Below are positions 6,707 to 14,368 of a DNA stretch of 56,442 nucleotides, piece after piece. Source of the DNA: an uncultured Peptoniphilaceae bacterium (lineage in GTDB: Bacteria; Bacillota; Clostridia; Tissierellales; Peptoniphilaceae); assembly GCA_964344625.1 (NCBI GenBank), contig CAYFNZ010000003.1, positions 1-56,442 on the forward strand, given 5' to 3'. How positions within the stretch are numbered: position 1 is the first letter of the stretch; every line of letters begins with the position of its first letter. The notes beneath the pieces are model-generated. The model did no database searches and was not told the origin of the DNA. It saw only the letters and a list, made by a program, of their open reading frames with translations. The translations under genes and the position numbers were made by a program.

Positions 6707-7669
6707 ATGTATAAGGATATACCACTTTTTTTGAATGATTTTTTGGATTACTTAAAAACTATCAAGTCTTTGGCGCCATCAACTATCCATGAGTATTATT
6801 TGGATTTAAGACTTTTCCTTAAGTTTATTGAATATAGGAAGTCTCCGATAAATTATGACGGGGTTGATGATATAGATGTGAGTAATTTCGATATAGAGAT
6901 GCTTAAGAAGGTTAATTTAATAGATTTACATAGTTATATAGCTTTTAGGGACGACTCTAGGGATAATTCGTCTACTACAAGAGCTAGAAAGATTTCAAGT
7001 TTAAGAACATTTTATAAGTATATGACAAATATTGCTAAGCTTTTAGATACGAATCCTACTTTAGAGCTTGAAAGTCCAAAGCTAAAGAAGAGAAATCCGG
7101 TATATCTCAGCTTGGAAGAGTCAAAAAAGCTTTTAACCACTATCATGGAAGGTTCAAATGAAGTGTTGAAAAGAAGGGATTTTGCTATAGTTTTAATATT
7201 TTTGACTACTGGGGTCAGGCTTTCAGAGTTAGCAAGTATGAATGTAAATTCCATTAGAGATATGCAGTTTTCCGTTGTTGGAAAGGGCAATAAGGAAAGA
7301 ACTGTATATATGACTGAAGCATGTCAATATGCTATAAATGAGTATCTAGCGGTTAGGCCTAAGGTTAAAGATGAACAAGCCCTATTTTTAAGTACTAGAA
7401 AAACCAGGATGAGTAATAGGGCAATTCAGCATATGATTGATAAATACCTTAATCAAGCGGGCTTTGATGTAACAAAGTATTCTACCCACAAGCTTAGACA
7501 TACTGCAGCTACCTTGATGTATAAGGAAGGTGTAGATATAAGAACTTTACAAAAAATATTAGGTCATACATCAGTTGCCACTACTCAAATTTACACTCAT
7601 GTTGAAGATGAAGACATGAGAGAAGCAATAAAGCATAATCCTTTATCGGATATAAAAACACAGGATTAA
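6707..7669 (+). CDS. Tyrosine site-specific recombinase, XerC/XerD family, 320 aa from the internal ATG
   Basis: Catalytic residues are present: R in TGVRLSEL, HKLRHTAAT (HxxR), and LGHTSVATTQIYTHV (H..Y). GGAGG (6697-6701) precedes the ATG at 6707. The ORF-track start at 6620 would abut the divergent gene and adds a junk hydrophobic leader. Confidence 0.88.
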   Translation: MYKDIPLFLNDFLDYLKTIKSLAPSTIHEYYLDLRLFLKFIEYRKSPINYDGVDDIDVSNFDIEMLKKVNLIDLHSYIAFRDDSRDNSSTTRARKISSLRTFYKYMTNIAKLLDTNPTLELESPKLKKRNPVYLSLEESKKLLTTIMEGSNEVLKRRDFAIVLIFLTTGVRLSELASMNVNSIRDMQFSVVGKGNKERTVYMTEACQYAINEYLAVRPKVKDEQALFLSTRKTRMSNRAIQHMIDKYLNQAGFDVTKYSTHKLRHTAATLMYKEGVDIRTLQKILGHTSVATTQIYTHVEDEDMREAIKHNPLSDIKTQD

Positions 7670-7672
7670 ATA

Positions 7673-7709
7673 AACCCTAAAGTTGAATCATTGGTTCAAT
7701 TTTAGGGTT
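7673..7709. terminator. Bidirectional terminator between the convergent recombinase and lexA genes: 15-bp stem aaccctaaagttgaa / ttcaattttagggtt
   Basis: Inverted repeat with one G-T pair and a 7-nt loop, read directly. Confidence 0.7.
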
Positions 7710-7721
7710 ACTTTATGTTAT

Positions 7722-8351
7722 TTAAATGTGGTCCCTATATAGGGCAATAACCTTTCCTAATACCTCAAAATAGTCTGGTATTATAGGTGACATAGATGAG
7801 TTTTCAGGTCTTAATTCAATCCTTCCATTCTCTCTTACATATCTTTTAACAGTTGCTCCATCTTCTATCAGGGCTACAACTATATCGCCATTCTCGCAAG
7901 TATTTTGCTTTCTTACTAGGATTTTATCTCCATCAAGAATGCCAGCTTCTATCATGGATTCCCCCTTGATAGTTAGCATAAACATCTCCCCTTTTGTGGA
8001 ATAGAAAGAAGGGATAGGAAACATCTCTAATACATTATCATCTGCAAATATGGGCTCTCCAGCTGCGACATTGCCATATACAGGTACATCTATGGTATCT
8101 TCTTTAATAATATCGTCAGATAAGTCCTTATTCTGGGATTTGTCGACTATCTCAATAGTCCTGCTGGCGTTATCTGACTTTATTATTAAGCCGAGTTCCT
8201 CAAGTTTTTTAATATCATTATGGACAGTGGATGTTGATTTTATATTTAAGGCATCTCTAATTTCTCTTACAGATGGCGAATATCTTTTTTCATTTTTAAA
8301 TTCAATCAGGAATTTGTAAACGGCTTCTTGTCTCTGGTTTAATTGGTTCAT
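7722..8351 (-). CDS. lexA: LexA repressor (SOS regulator, S24 self-cleaving peptidase), 209 aa
   Basis: N-terminal winged helix (SVREIRDALNIKSTSTVHNDIKKLE), cleavage site VAAGEP, catalytic Ser in GESM and Lys in VKR. SD AAGGAGG is present and SOS boxes lie upstream. Confidence 0.95.
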   Translation of the reverse strand: MNQLNQRQEAVYKFLIEFKNEKRYSPSVREIRDALNIKSTSTVHNDIKKLEELGLIIKSDNASRTIEIVDKSQNKDLSDDIIKEDTIDVPVYGNVAAGEPIFADDNVLEMFPIPSFYSTKGEMFMLTIKGESMIEAGILDGDKILVRKQNTCENGDIVVALIEDGATVKRYVRENGRIELRPENSSMSPIIPDYFEVLGKVIALYRDHI

Positions 8352-8371
8352 ATAGACCTCCTTATGATTTT

Positions 8372-8400
8372 ATTATACAGGGAAAACATAATAAAAACAA
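8372..8400 (-). promoter_or_regulatory. Candidate sigma-A promoter of lexA: TTGTTT -17- TATAAT (minus strand)
   Basis: -10 at 8372-8377 and -35 at 8395-8400. The -35 lies inside SOS box 8395-8406. Confidence 0.5.
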
Positions 8401-8406
8401 ATGTTC
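8395..8406. promoter_or_regulatory. SOS (Cheo) box, GAACATTTGTTT on the minus strand, overlapping the lexA -35
   Basis: Matches the Gram-positive LexA operator core GAAC-N4-GTTC at 11 of 12 defined-pattern positions. Confidence 0.6.
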
Positions 8407-8415
8407 TTTTTTATA

Positions 8416-8444
8416 TTGACAAAGAACATTTGTTCTGATATTCT
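8416..8444 (+). promoter_or_regulatory. Candidate sigma-A promoter of the yneA-like gene: TTGACA -17- TATTCT
   Basis: Consensus -35 at 8416-8421, and a TAnnnT-type -10 at 8439-8444. Confidence 0.5.
8424..8435. promoter_or_regulatory. SOS (Cheo) box, perfect GAAC-ATTT-GTTC, in the spacer of the yneA-like promoter
   Basis: gaacatttgttc read directly, between TTGACA and the -10. Confidence 0.75.
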
Positions 8445-8457
8445 ATATGTAACAAAA

Positions 8458-8469
8458 GAACGTATGTTT
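8458..8469. promoter_or_regulatory. SOS (Cheo) box, GAACGTATGTTT, in the 5' leader of the yneA-like gene
   Basis: GAAC-N4-GTTT sits 13 nt upstream of the ATG at 8482. Confidence 0.6.
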
Positions 8470-8481
8470 GCGAGGTGACTT

Positions 8482-8781
8482 ATGAAAAGATATAGAATTA
8501 TAGATAGAAAGAAATTTAATAGATTTATTGCTTTAAGTATATTAACATCTACCCTTCTTATTTATATACTTATTAGTTTGGCTTTGCCAAGCAAGGCTTC
8601 TGGAGTTAACCAAGAAATGACATTTACAGTTATTCAAGGCGATAACCTTTGGGACATTGCAAGAGCTATGAACACAGGTAAAGACACAAGGCAGGTAGTC
8701 CATGATATTTATAAATTAAATAGGATTTCTAATAGGGACACTATTTATCCAGGACAAGTGTTAAAATTACCAGTATATTAA
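8482..8781 (+). CDS. YneA-like SOS-inducible cell-division inhibitor candidate: N-terminal TM helix + C-terminal LysM domain, 99 aa
   Basis: TM segment FIALSILTSTLLIYILISLAL. LysM-like YTVIQGDNLWDIA....IYPGQVLKLP. It is divergent from lexA with Cheo boxes in its promoter, the same layout as B. subtilis lexA/yneA. Confidence 0.7.
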   Translation: MKRYRIIDRKKFNRFIALSILTSTLLIYILISLALPSKASGVNQEMTFTVIQGDNLWDIARAMNTGKDTRQVVHDIYKLNRISNRDTIYPGQVLKLPVY

Positions 8782-8795
8782 AATGATTTTAAAAT

Positions 8796-8889
8796 AAAAA
8801 GTGATAAGTTTAAATCTTCTCCAAGATCTAGCCTATATGAGCTGTCATAGGCTAGGACTTAGAAAGTGATTTAATACTTATCATTTTTT
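8796..8889. terminator. Compound bidirectional terminator: inner perfect 9-bp stem ctagcctat / ataggctag nested in an outer stem (aaaaagtgataagt / acttatcattttt)
   Basis: Both inverted repeats read directly, between the convergent yneA-like and ArsR genes. Confidence 0.6.
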
Positions 8890-8922
8890 ATGTATTATCT
8901 CGATCTTCTAATATTTTATGTA

Positions 8923-9195
8923 TTATTGTCTGATTAATTTAATAATTTTCTTAACATCTTCGTTAGTTAATGAATATTTTATTTCCGTACCGTATCTTCT
9001 AGATTCAAGTATATTTGCTTGTTTTAAAATCCTTAAATGTTGAGAAACACTGGATTGAGAAATTTCTATGCAATCTTGAATATTTGTAACATTCATGCCT
9101 TCTGGATAATCATAAAGGCCATTAACAATACATAATCTTGTCGGATGAGACAATGCTTTAAAGATCTCTGCAAACTCATCTATGAATTCTTCCAT
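8923..9195 (-). CDS. ArsR/SmtB family transcriptional regulator, 90 aa
   Basis: The pattern FKALSHPTRLCIVNGL ... QSSVSQHLRILKQANIL is the typical ArsR winged HTH. Confidence 0.85.
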   Translation of the reverse strand: MEEFIDEFAEIFKALSHPTRLCIVNGLYDYPEGMNVTNIQDCIEISQSSVSQHLRILKQANILESRRYGTEIKYSLTNEDVKKIIKLIRQ

Positions 9196-9267
9196 ATGAT
9201 TTATTTATCCCCTTTCTATTTCATTAAATTTATAATATGATATAATACTTAAATAGTCAATAATAAT

Positions 9268-10203
9268 GTGAGGTTGAAAGTAGGTTTGAAAGCGTTTAAC
9301 AAAGTCCTAATACTGATAAACTCAGAGGGAAAAAAGAGAATAATAGATGATTTTATAGATTTTTTACATAATCATTTTCAAGAACATATAAATAGTGGAT
9401 TTTTTATTTTATATAAGACTGTTGATCCAACATCTACTAAGGTTATATCAAAGGATTTTTCTCAAAAATATGAAAAATCTTTGATAGTAGCTGTAGGCGG
9501 AGATGGTACAATTCACGAAATAGTAAATTCTATAAATTTTGATAATACTTCTTTAGCTGTTATTCCAAATGGCACAGGTAATGACTTTGCTAGTCACTTG
9601 TATGGAGAAATAGATCGTAGAGATATTTTTAAAAAGCTACTTAATCCTAATTTTTTTAAGGCAGATGTGATTAGGATTAATGATTACTATTGTATGAATG
9701 TAACTTCTTTTGGATATGATACAGTTGTATTAAAAAAATCCTTAGAACTTAAGGAAAAGTTTCCATTTTTAAGGAACTTTTCATTTAAATTAGCTGTACC
9801 CCTAACTATATCTAAAATTGAACCAGTAAACTATACCTATGATTTTATAGATGTAAATGATAATCATATAAAAGGAAAAGGTGGATTTATCTTAAATGCA
9901 ATTTGCAATGGGTCTAGGTTTGGAGGAGGTTTTAAGCCAGCCCCAGAAGCTAAGATAAATGATGGAATAATAGAGATAAACCAAGTTGACAACATGTCAT
10001 TGAGACAGTCTATAGGAAAGATAGCTTCATATACTGATGGCAGCCATATAAACAAAATCAAGGAAAGTCACAACTATAAGGTAGTATCTGGCAAGATAAA
10101 ACCTGATGGTGAAAAAATATTTGGAAATATTGATGGAGAACTCTACGAATTCGATGAGATAGACTTTGAAATCATACCAGGTAGGATAAATTTAATGTAT
10201 TAA
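9268..10203 (+). CDS. Diacylglycerol/lipid kinase family protein (YegS/DagK-like), 311 aa
   Basis: GGDGTIHEIVN and PNGTGNDFA motifs of the DAGK catalytic domain. The GTG start is uncertain. Confidence 0.82.
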   Translation: MRLKVGLKAFNKVLILINSEGKKRIIDDFIDFLHNHFQEHINSGFFILYKTVDPTSTKVISKDFSQKYEKSLIVAVGGDGTIHEIVNSINFDNTSLAVIPNGTGNDFASHLYGEIDRRDIFKKLLNPNFFKADVIRINDYYCMNVTSFGYDTVVLKKSLELKEKFPFLRNFSFKLAVPLTISKIEPVNYTYDFIDVNDNHIKGKGGFILNAICNGSRFGGGFKPAPEAKINDGIIEINQVDNMSLRQSIGKIASYTDGSHINKIKESHNYKVVSGKIKPDGEKIFGNIDGELYEFDEIDFEIIPGRINLMY

Positions 10204-10217
10204 ATAAGGTAATATCT

Positions 10218-10285
10218 AAAAAACCAGTCTTGTTAATGTGGAATTCATTGAGAACTCCGCAAAAGCAAGGCTGGTTTCATTTTTA
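10218..10285. terminator. Convergent terminator: 12-bp stem aaaccagtcttg / caaggctggttt (one G-T) with about 33-nt structured loop, A-run before and T-run after
   Basis: Read directly, between the lipid kinase (+) and PLP enzyme (-) stops. Confidence 0.6.
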
Positions 10286-11545
10286 AAGAAGTTTTGTCAG
10301 TGATATCATGGCTGCTAGCTTAGCTTGTTCAAAGACTACCCCACCTTGGTAGTAGGCTACATAAGGAGGTCTTAGCGGACCATCAGCTGATATTTCAATG
10401 GATGACCCATCAATAAAGCCTCCTGAGGCCATGATTACTTGGTCGTTATAGCCAGGCATTTCCCATGGATATGGAACAACACTGGCTCCTACTGAAGCGG
10501 CCATTTGGATTGCTTGTACAAAGTTTATTACCTTGTCAGGATCTTCAAAGACAATAGCTTGGATTATGTCTGACCTCTTATCGTCTAATGCAGGATAGGT
10601 TTTATAGCCAAGGTCTGAGTAGATTTTGCAAAATAGAAGGGCTGATTTTAAGGCTTGATTGGTGATATGTGGTGCGAAGAATAAGCCTTGAAGGGTTGAC
10701 CTAGTTGTATCATAGGTTAGTCCCGTTTCCTTGCCTAGACCTGGAGCGTAGAAGTGGTCTGAGATAGCTGTAATAATTTCTTTTGAACCAGCTATATAGC
10801 CGCCGCCTAGGGCTATTGCTCCACCAGGGTTTTTAATTAGGGAGCCTACGCAGACATCTGCTCCTACTTCTGTCGGTTCCTTGTAATCAGTAAATTCACC
10901 ATAGCAATTATCTACCATAACAATAGATTCTGGACTTATTTTTTTTATGAAGGAGATTGCTTCTTCTATTTCATCTATAGTTAGGGCTCTTTTTAAGCCA
11001 TATCCTGTTGACCTTTGGATTAATACTAACTTTATAAGCTCTTTCTTAAGTTTTTCTTCTAGCTTTACAAAGTCAATTTTATTGTCTATTAGGTCAATGT
11101 GGTCGTATTTGACACCCTTTTTTATTAAAGAATTTGGGCTATCTCCTTCAATTCCTATTACTGATTTTAGGGTATCATAAGGATGGTCTGTTATAGATAG
11201 CATCTTGTCATTATAGTTTAATAGAGAAAATAGAGTTGTAGCTAGGGCGTGGGTACCAGATGAGATAGCACTTCTAACAAAAGAATCTTCTGTGTTAAAG
11301 AGTTTTGCAAAGATTTCTTCAGTCTTTTCCCTTCCCCTATCTCCATATCCATAGCCGGTAGAATAGGCAAAGTCACTTTGACTTAAGCCAACTCCCCTAT
11401 AGATATTTAAGATTTTTATTTGGTTATATTCTCTTATTTGATCTAATTCCTTAGAGTTTTCTTCTACGTATTCACAGGCTTTTTCAACTATATCAAAAGC
11501 CTTTTTATTTATCTTATAATGCTTATTTAAATATTCATAATTCAT
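10283..11545 (-). CDS. PLP-dependent C-S lyase-like protein (YnbB / so-called aluminium resistance protein family), 420 aa
   Basis: Cys/Met-metabolism PLP fold features (SSGTHALATT, VDNCYGEF, GSLIKNPGG). SD AGGTGA is present. Family assignment is from memory of YnbB-like sequences. Confidence 0.75.
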   Translation of the reverse strand: MNYEYLNKHYKINKKAFDIVEKACEYVEENSKELDQIREYNQIKILNIYRGVGLSQSDFAYSTGYGYGDRGREKTEEIFAKLFNTEDSFVRSAISSGTHALATTLFSLLNYNDKMLSITDHPYDTLKSVIGIEGDSPNSLIKKGVKYDHIDLIDNKIDFVKLEEKLKKELIKLVLIQRSTGYGLKRALTIDEIEEAISFIKKISPESIVMVDNCYGEFTDYKEPTEVGADVCVGSLIKNPGGAIALGGGYIAGSKEIITAISDHFYAPGLGKETGLTYDTTRSTLQGLFFAPHITNQALKSALLFCKIYSDLGYKTYPALDDKRSDIIQAIVFEDPDKVINFVQAIQMAASVGASVVPYPWEMPGYNDQVIMASGGFIDGSSIEISADGPLRPPYVAYYQGGVVFEQAKLAAMISLTKLL

Positions 11546-12449
11546 TTACTTCACCTAAAATAACTTCTAACATTTCTTGACGGCTAAGTTTAGACCTATC
11601 TAACCATATAGCCTCTTTATTTTTTCTAAACCAAGTAAGTTGTCTTTTTGCATATCTTCTTGTATCCTGCTTTAGGGTTTCAACCATAGTATTATAATCA
11701 ACTTCACCTTCTATGTAGGGTATTACTTCCCTATAGCCAATAGCTTTCATAGACTGGTCATCTTTATTTAAGCCTTGGGAAAGTAGATTTTTAACCTCAT
11801 CTACAAGACCTTCATCTAGCATGATGTCGACTCTTTTATTGATATTGTCATATAAAACTTGTCTTATATCAGTTATTACAAAGAGATAGTAGTCATAGTC
11901 TGTATTAAGCTTGCTATCAAGTGTTATTTTTTTACCAGAGTATTCATAGACTTCTAGGGCCCTTATGATTTTTTTCTTGTCTTTTATCGTAAGATAGCCA
12001 TAATGGTCTTTATCAATTTCTAAAAGCCTATCAAGTAGGGATAGAGGATTATTTTTATATATTTCCTCCATCTTATCTCTAAAGTCCTGGTTAGGCTTAA
12101 CATCATTAAAGTCATAATCATATATAATGCTATTTATATAAAGGCCGGTGCCGCCAGCTAAAATCGGTATGTGTCCTCTCTGGTGGATTTCTTTTATAAG
12201 GTTTTTGCAGGCTTTTTGAAAGTCTTGAACCGAATACTTGTCCTTTGGAGATATGATATCTATCATATGGTGGACTACAGCTTGCCTTTCATCAAGGCTT
12301 GCCTTTGCTGTTCCAATGTCCATACCCTTATAGATTTGCATAGAATCACAGGAGATGATTTCTCCATTTATTTTTTTAGCTAGGTCAATAGCCAATGATG
12401 ACTTTCCTGAAGCTGTTGGGCCTCCGATGATAATTACTTTTTCTTTCAT
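11535..12449 (-). CDS. miaA: tRNA dimethylallyltransferase, 304 aa
   Basis: IIGGPTASGKS P-loop, MDIGTAK, and GGTGLY motifs. ATGA overlap with the mutL stop. Confidence 0.95.
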   Translation of the reverse strand: MKEKVIIIGGPTASGKSSLAIDLAKKINGEIISCDSMQIYKGMDIGTAKASLDERQAVVHHMIDIISPKDKYSVQDFQKACKNLIKEIHQRGHIPILAGGTGLYINSIIYDYDFNDVKPNQDFRDKMEEIYKNNPLSLLDRLLEIDKDHYGYLTIKDKKKIIRALEVYEYSGKKITLDSKLNTDYDYYLFVITDIRQVLYDNINKRVDIMLDEGLVDEVKNLLSQGLNKDDQSMKAIGYREVIPYIEGEVDYNTMVETLKQDTRRYAKRQLTWFRKNKEAIWLDRSKLSRQEMLEVILGEVNEL

Positions 12450-14368
12450 TTGTTTAAGATCCTTTCGAAGTCAGCTTGAGACAGAGAAAAGATTATTTTC
12501 TTGCCATTTTCCGTAGAAAACTTATTAGATGATTTCATGAGGTCTTTATAGAGGCTCATGGCATGGTCATAGGTCATATTTGCCTTTTTATTTATAGCAT
12601 AGGCTATTGCCCTCTTCTTAAGAATTGAAATATATTCATCTTCTGTTGAATTTTCAGACATATTATCAAAGATATTTATGAAGATATCTCTGTTACAAGC
12701 AAGGTTTCCAATATATGGAACTGCCCTTATTGCTATGGTATTTTGGCCGAAATCATCTATGTCAAAACCAAATTCACTAAAGATATTTTGATTATCAAGG
12801 AACTTTTCATAATCCTTAGGACCAAATTCTATTATTATCGGTGACAGAAGTTGGTTAATAGGAAAAGTTTTACCATCAATGTCTGAGACAAGTTTATCGA
12901 ATATTAGCCTTTCTTGGGCAGCTATTTGATCTACGATTATCAATTCGTCTTTTGCGAATTCCTTAAATATTAAATACCTATTAAAAAGACATGTAATATA
13001 TTCTGTATCAATATCGAAGGACAGGATATTTTGAGTATCATCTTTTTCTAAAGAGGATAAGTCTTTTTCATATGAAAACTCATAAGGACAAGAGGCCTGT
13101 GTAGAATCTAGAGGATTTTCTATCTCAAAGCCCTCAATATCATCTTCATCAATATCATCAAAGTCATCATCTAGGTTAATGACCTTGATATCATAGTCTG
13201 CGACTTCTTCGTGAAGGTCCTCAGAAGTAGAAGGGTACTTAAGAGTTTCTTTTTCCTTATCTTCAGATTTATCAAAATTTTTATAGGCATCTAGGATTTT
13301 TTCATAGGAATCCCTAGAGTTTAAGTCATAAAAATTAGGCTTAAAAGTGTTTTTTTCTTCTATTTTTAACTCTTTAATCCTTTGGGCCTCTAGAAGGGTT
13401 TCAGAAATTGTGTTTTTTAATTCCTCATATAGTTCATCCGCAAAAGAAAACTTAATTTTTTGCTTGTTGGGTGAGATATTTATATCGATATTTTTAGGGT
13501 TAGTCTCAATAAATATCTGGAAAGCTGGAAATCTTCCATTAGGAATTATGGTATGATATTGTGTTTCTATATGGTTTACAAGATCCATATCTTCTATGTA
13601 TCTACCATTTACAAAGATATATTGCATGCTCCTATTTCCCTTATAGAAACTATTGTTTGAAATGTATCCAGAGATTTTATATTCTGTTTTGTCAGACTTA
13701 ATGTCTAGGATATTGTTGGCATAGTCATTTCCAAAAAGTATCCTTAGATTATCCTTTAGGCTATTGTCCTTAAAGGTTTTAAAAATAAGCTTATCGTCTT
13801 TTATATAGCTTATAGATACCTTTGGATTTGCTATGGCAAATGAATACATCAAGGCTGTTATTTTATTTCCTTCTGCCATGTCTGATGATAGGAATTTTTT
13901 TCTAACAGGTAGGTATTCAAATAGGTTTTTAACTTCTATAATGGTACCTTTATTCATTCCGATGCTCTTGTTTGAAATCAGCTTGTTATTATCATAGCTT
14001 AGGTGGCTACCAGCTGGTTCATCTTGAGTTTTTGAATAGATATCAAGTGAGGATACAGCAACTATAGATGCTAGGGCTTCCCCTCTAAAACCCATGGTAT
14101 AGGTCTTATAAAGATCGTCAAAGTTGTTTATCTTAGAAGTAGCATGCCTTAAAAAGGCTCTTTCAATCTGGTCTTTTTCAATACCTGAGCCATTATCAGA
14201 AACTTTAATAAATTCCTTTCCACCTTTTTTGATTTCAACGACTATTTCATCAGCCTGGGCATCTACGGAATTTTCAACTAGTTCTTTGATTATGGACATG
14301 GGTCTTTCTACGACTTCTCCAGCTGCTATTTTTTGAATTGTATCATCACTTAGTAAATTAATCTTCAA
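12446..14368 (-). CDS. mutL: DNA mismatch repair protein MutL
   Basis: IAAGEVVERP, DNGSGI and GFRGEAL GHKL-ATPase motifs. I prefer the TTG at 14368 (GGGTGA SD 5 nt upstream, 13 aa before IAAGEVV) over the ORF-track start at 14410. Confidence 0.9.
   Translation of the reverse strand: MKINLLSDDTIQKIAAGEVVERPMSIIKELVENSVDAQADEIVVEIKKGGKEFIKVSDNGSGIEKDQIERAFLRHATSKINNFDDLYKTYTMGFRGEALASIVAVSSLDIYSKTQDEPAGSHLSYDNNKLISNKSIGMNKGTIIEVKNLFEYLPVRKKFLSSDMAEGNKITALMYSFAIANPKVSISYIKDDKLIFKTFKDNSLKDNLRILFGNDYANNILDIKSDKTEYKISGYISNNSFYKGNRSMQYIFVNGRYIEDMDLVNHIETQYHTIIPNGRFPAFQIFIETNPKNIDINISPNKQKIKFSFADELYEELKNTISETLLEAQRIKELKIEEKNTFKPNFYDLNSRDSYEKILDAYKNFDKSEDKEKETLKYPSTSEDLHEEVADYDIKVINLDDDFDDIDEDDIEGFEIENPLDSTQASCPYEFSYEKDLSSLEKDDTQNILSFDIDTEYITCLFNRYLIFKEFAKDELIIVDQIAAQERLIFDKLVSDIDGKTFPINQLLSPIIIEFGPKDYEKFLDNQNIFSEFGFDIDDFGQNTIAIRAVPYIGNLACNRDIFINIFDNMSENSTEDEYISILKKRAIAYAINKKANMTYDHAMSLYKDLMKSSNKFSTENGKKIIFSLSQADFERILNK

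Noticed and set aside
7012-7290. 92-aa minus-strand ORF antisense to the recombinase gene
   Set aside because: Shadow ORF inside a gene with clear catalytic motifs. It has no SD and no recognisable domain.
8050-8319. 89-aa plus-strand ORF antisense to lexA
   Set aside because: Shadow ORF. It is S/L/I-rich and lexA on the opposite strand is unambiguous.
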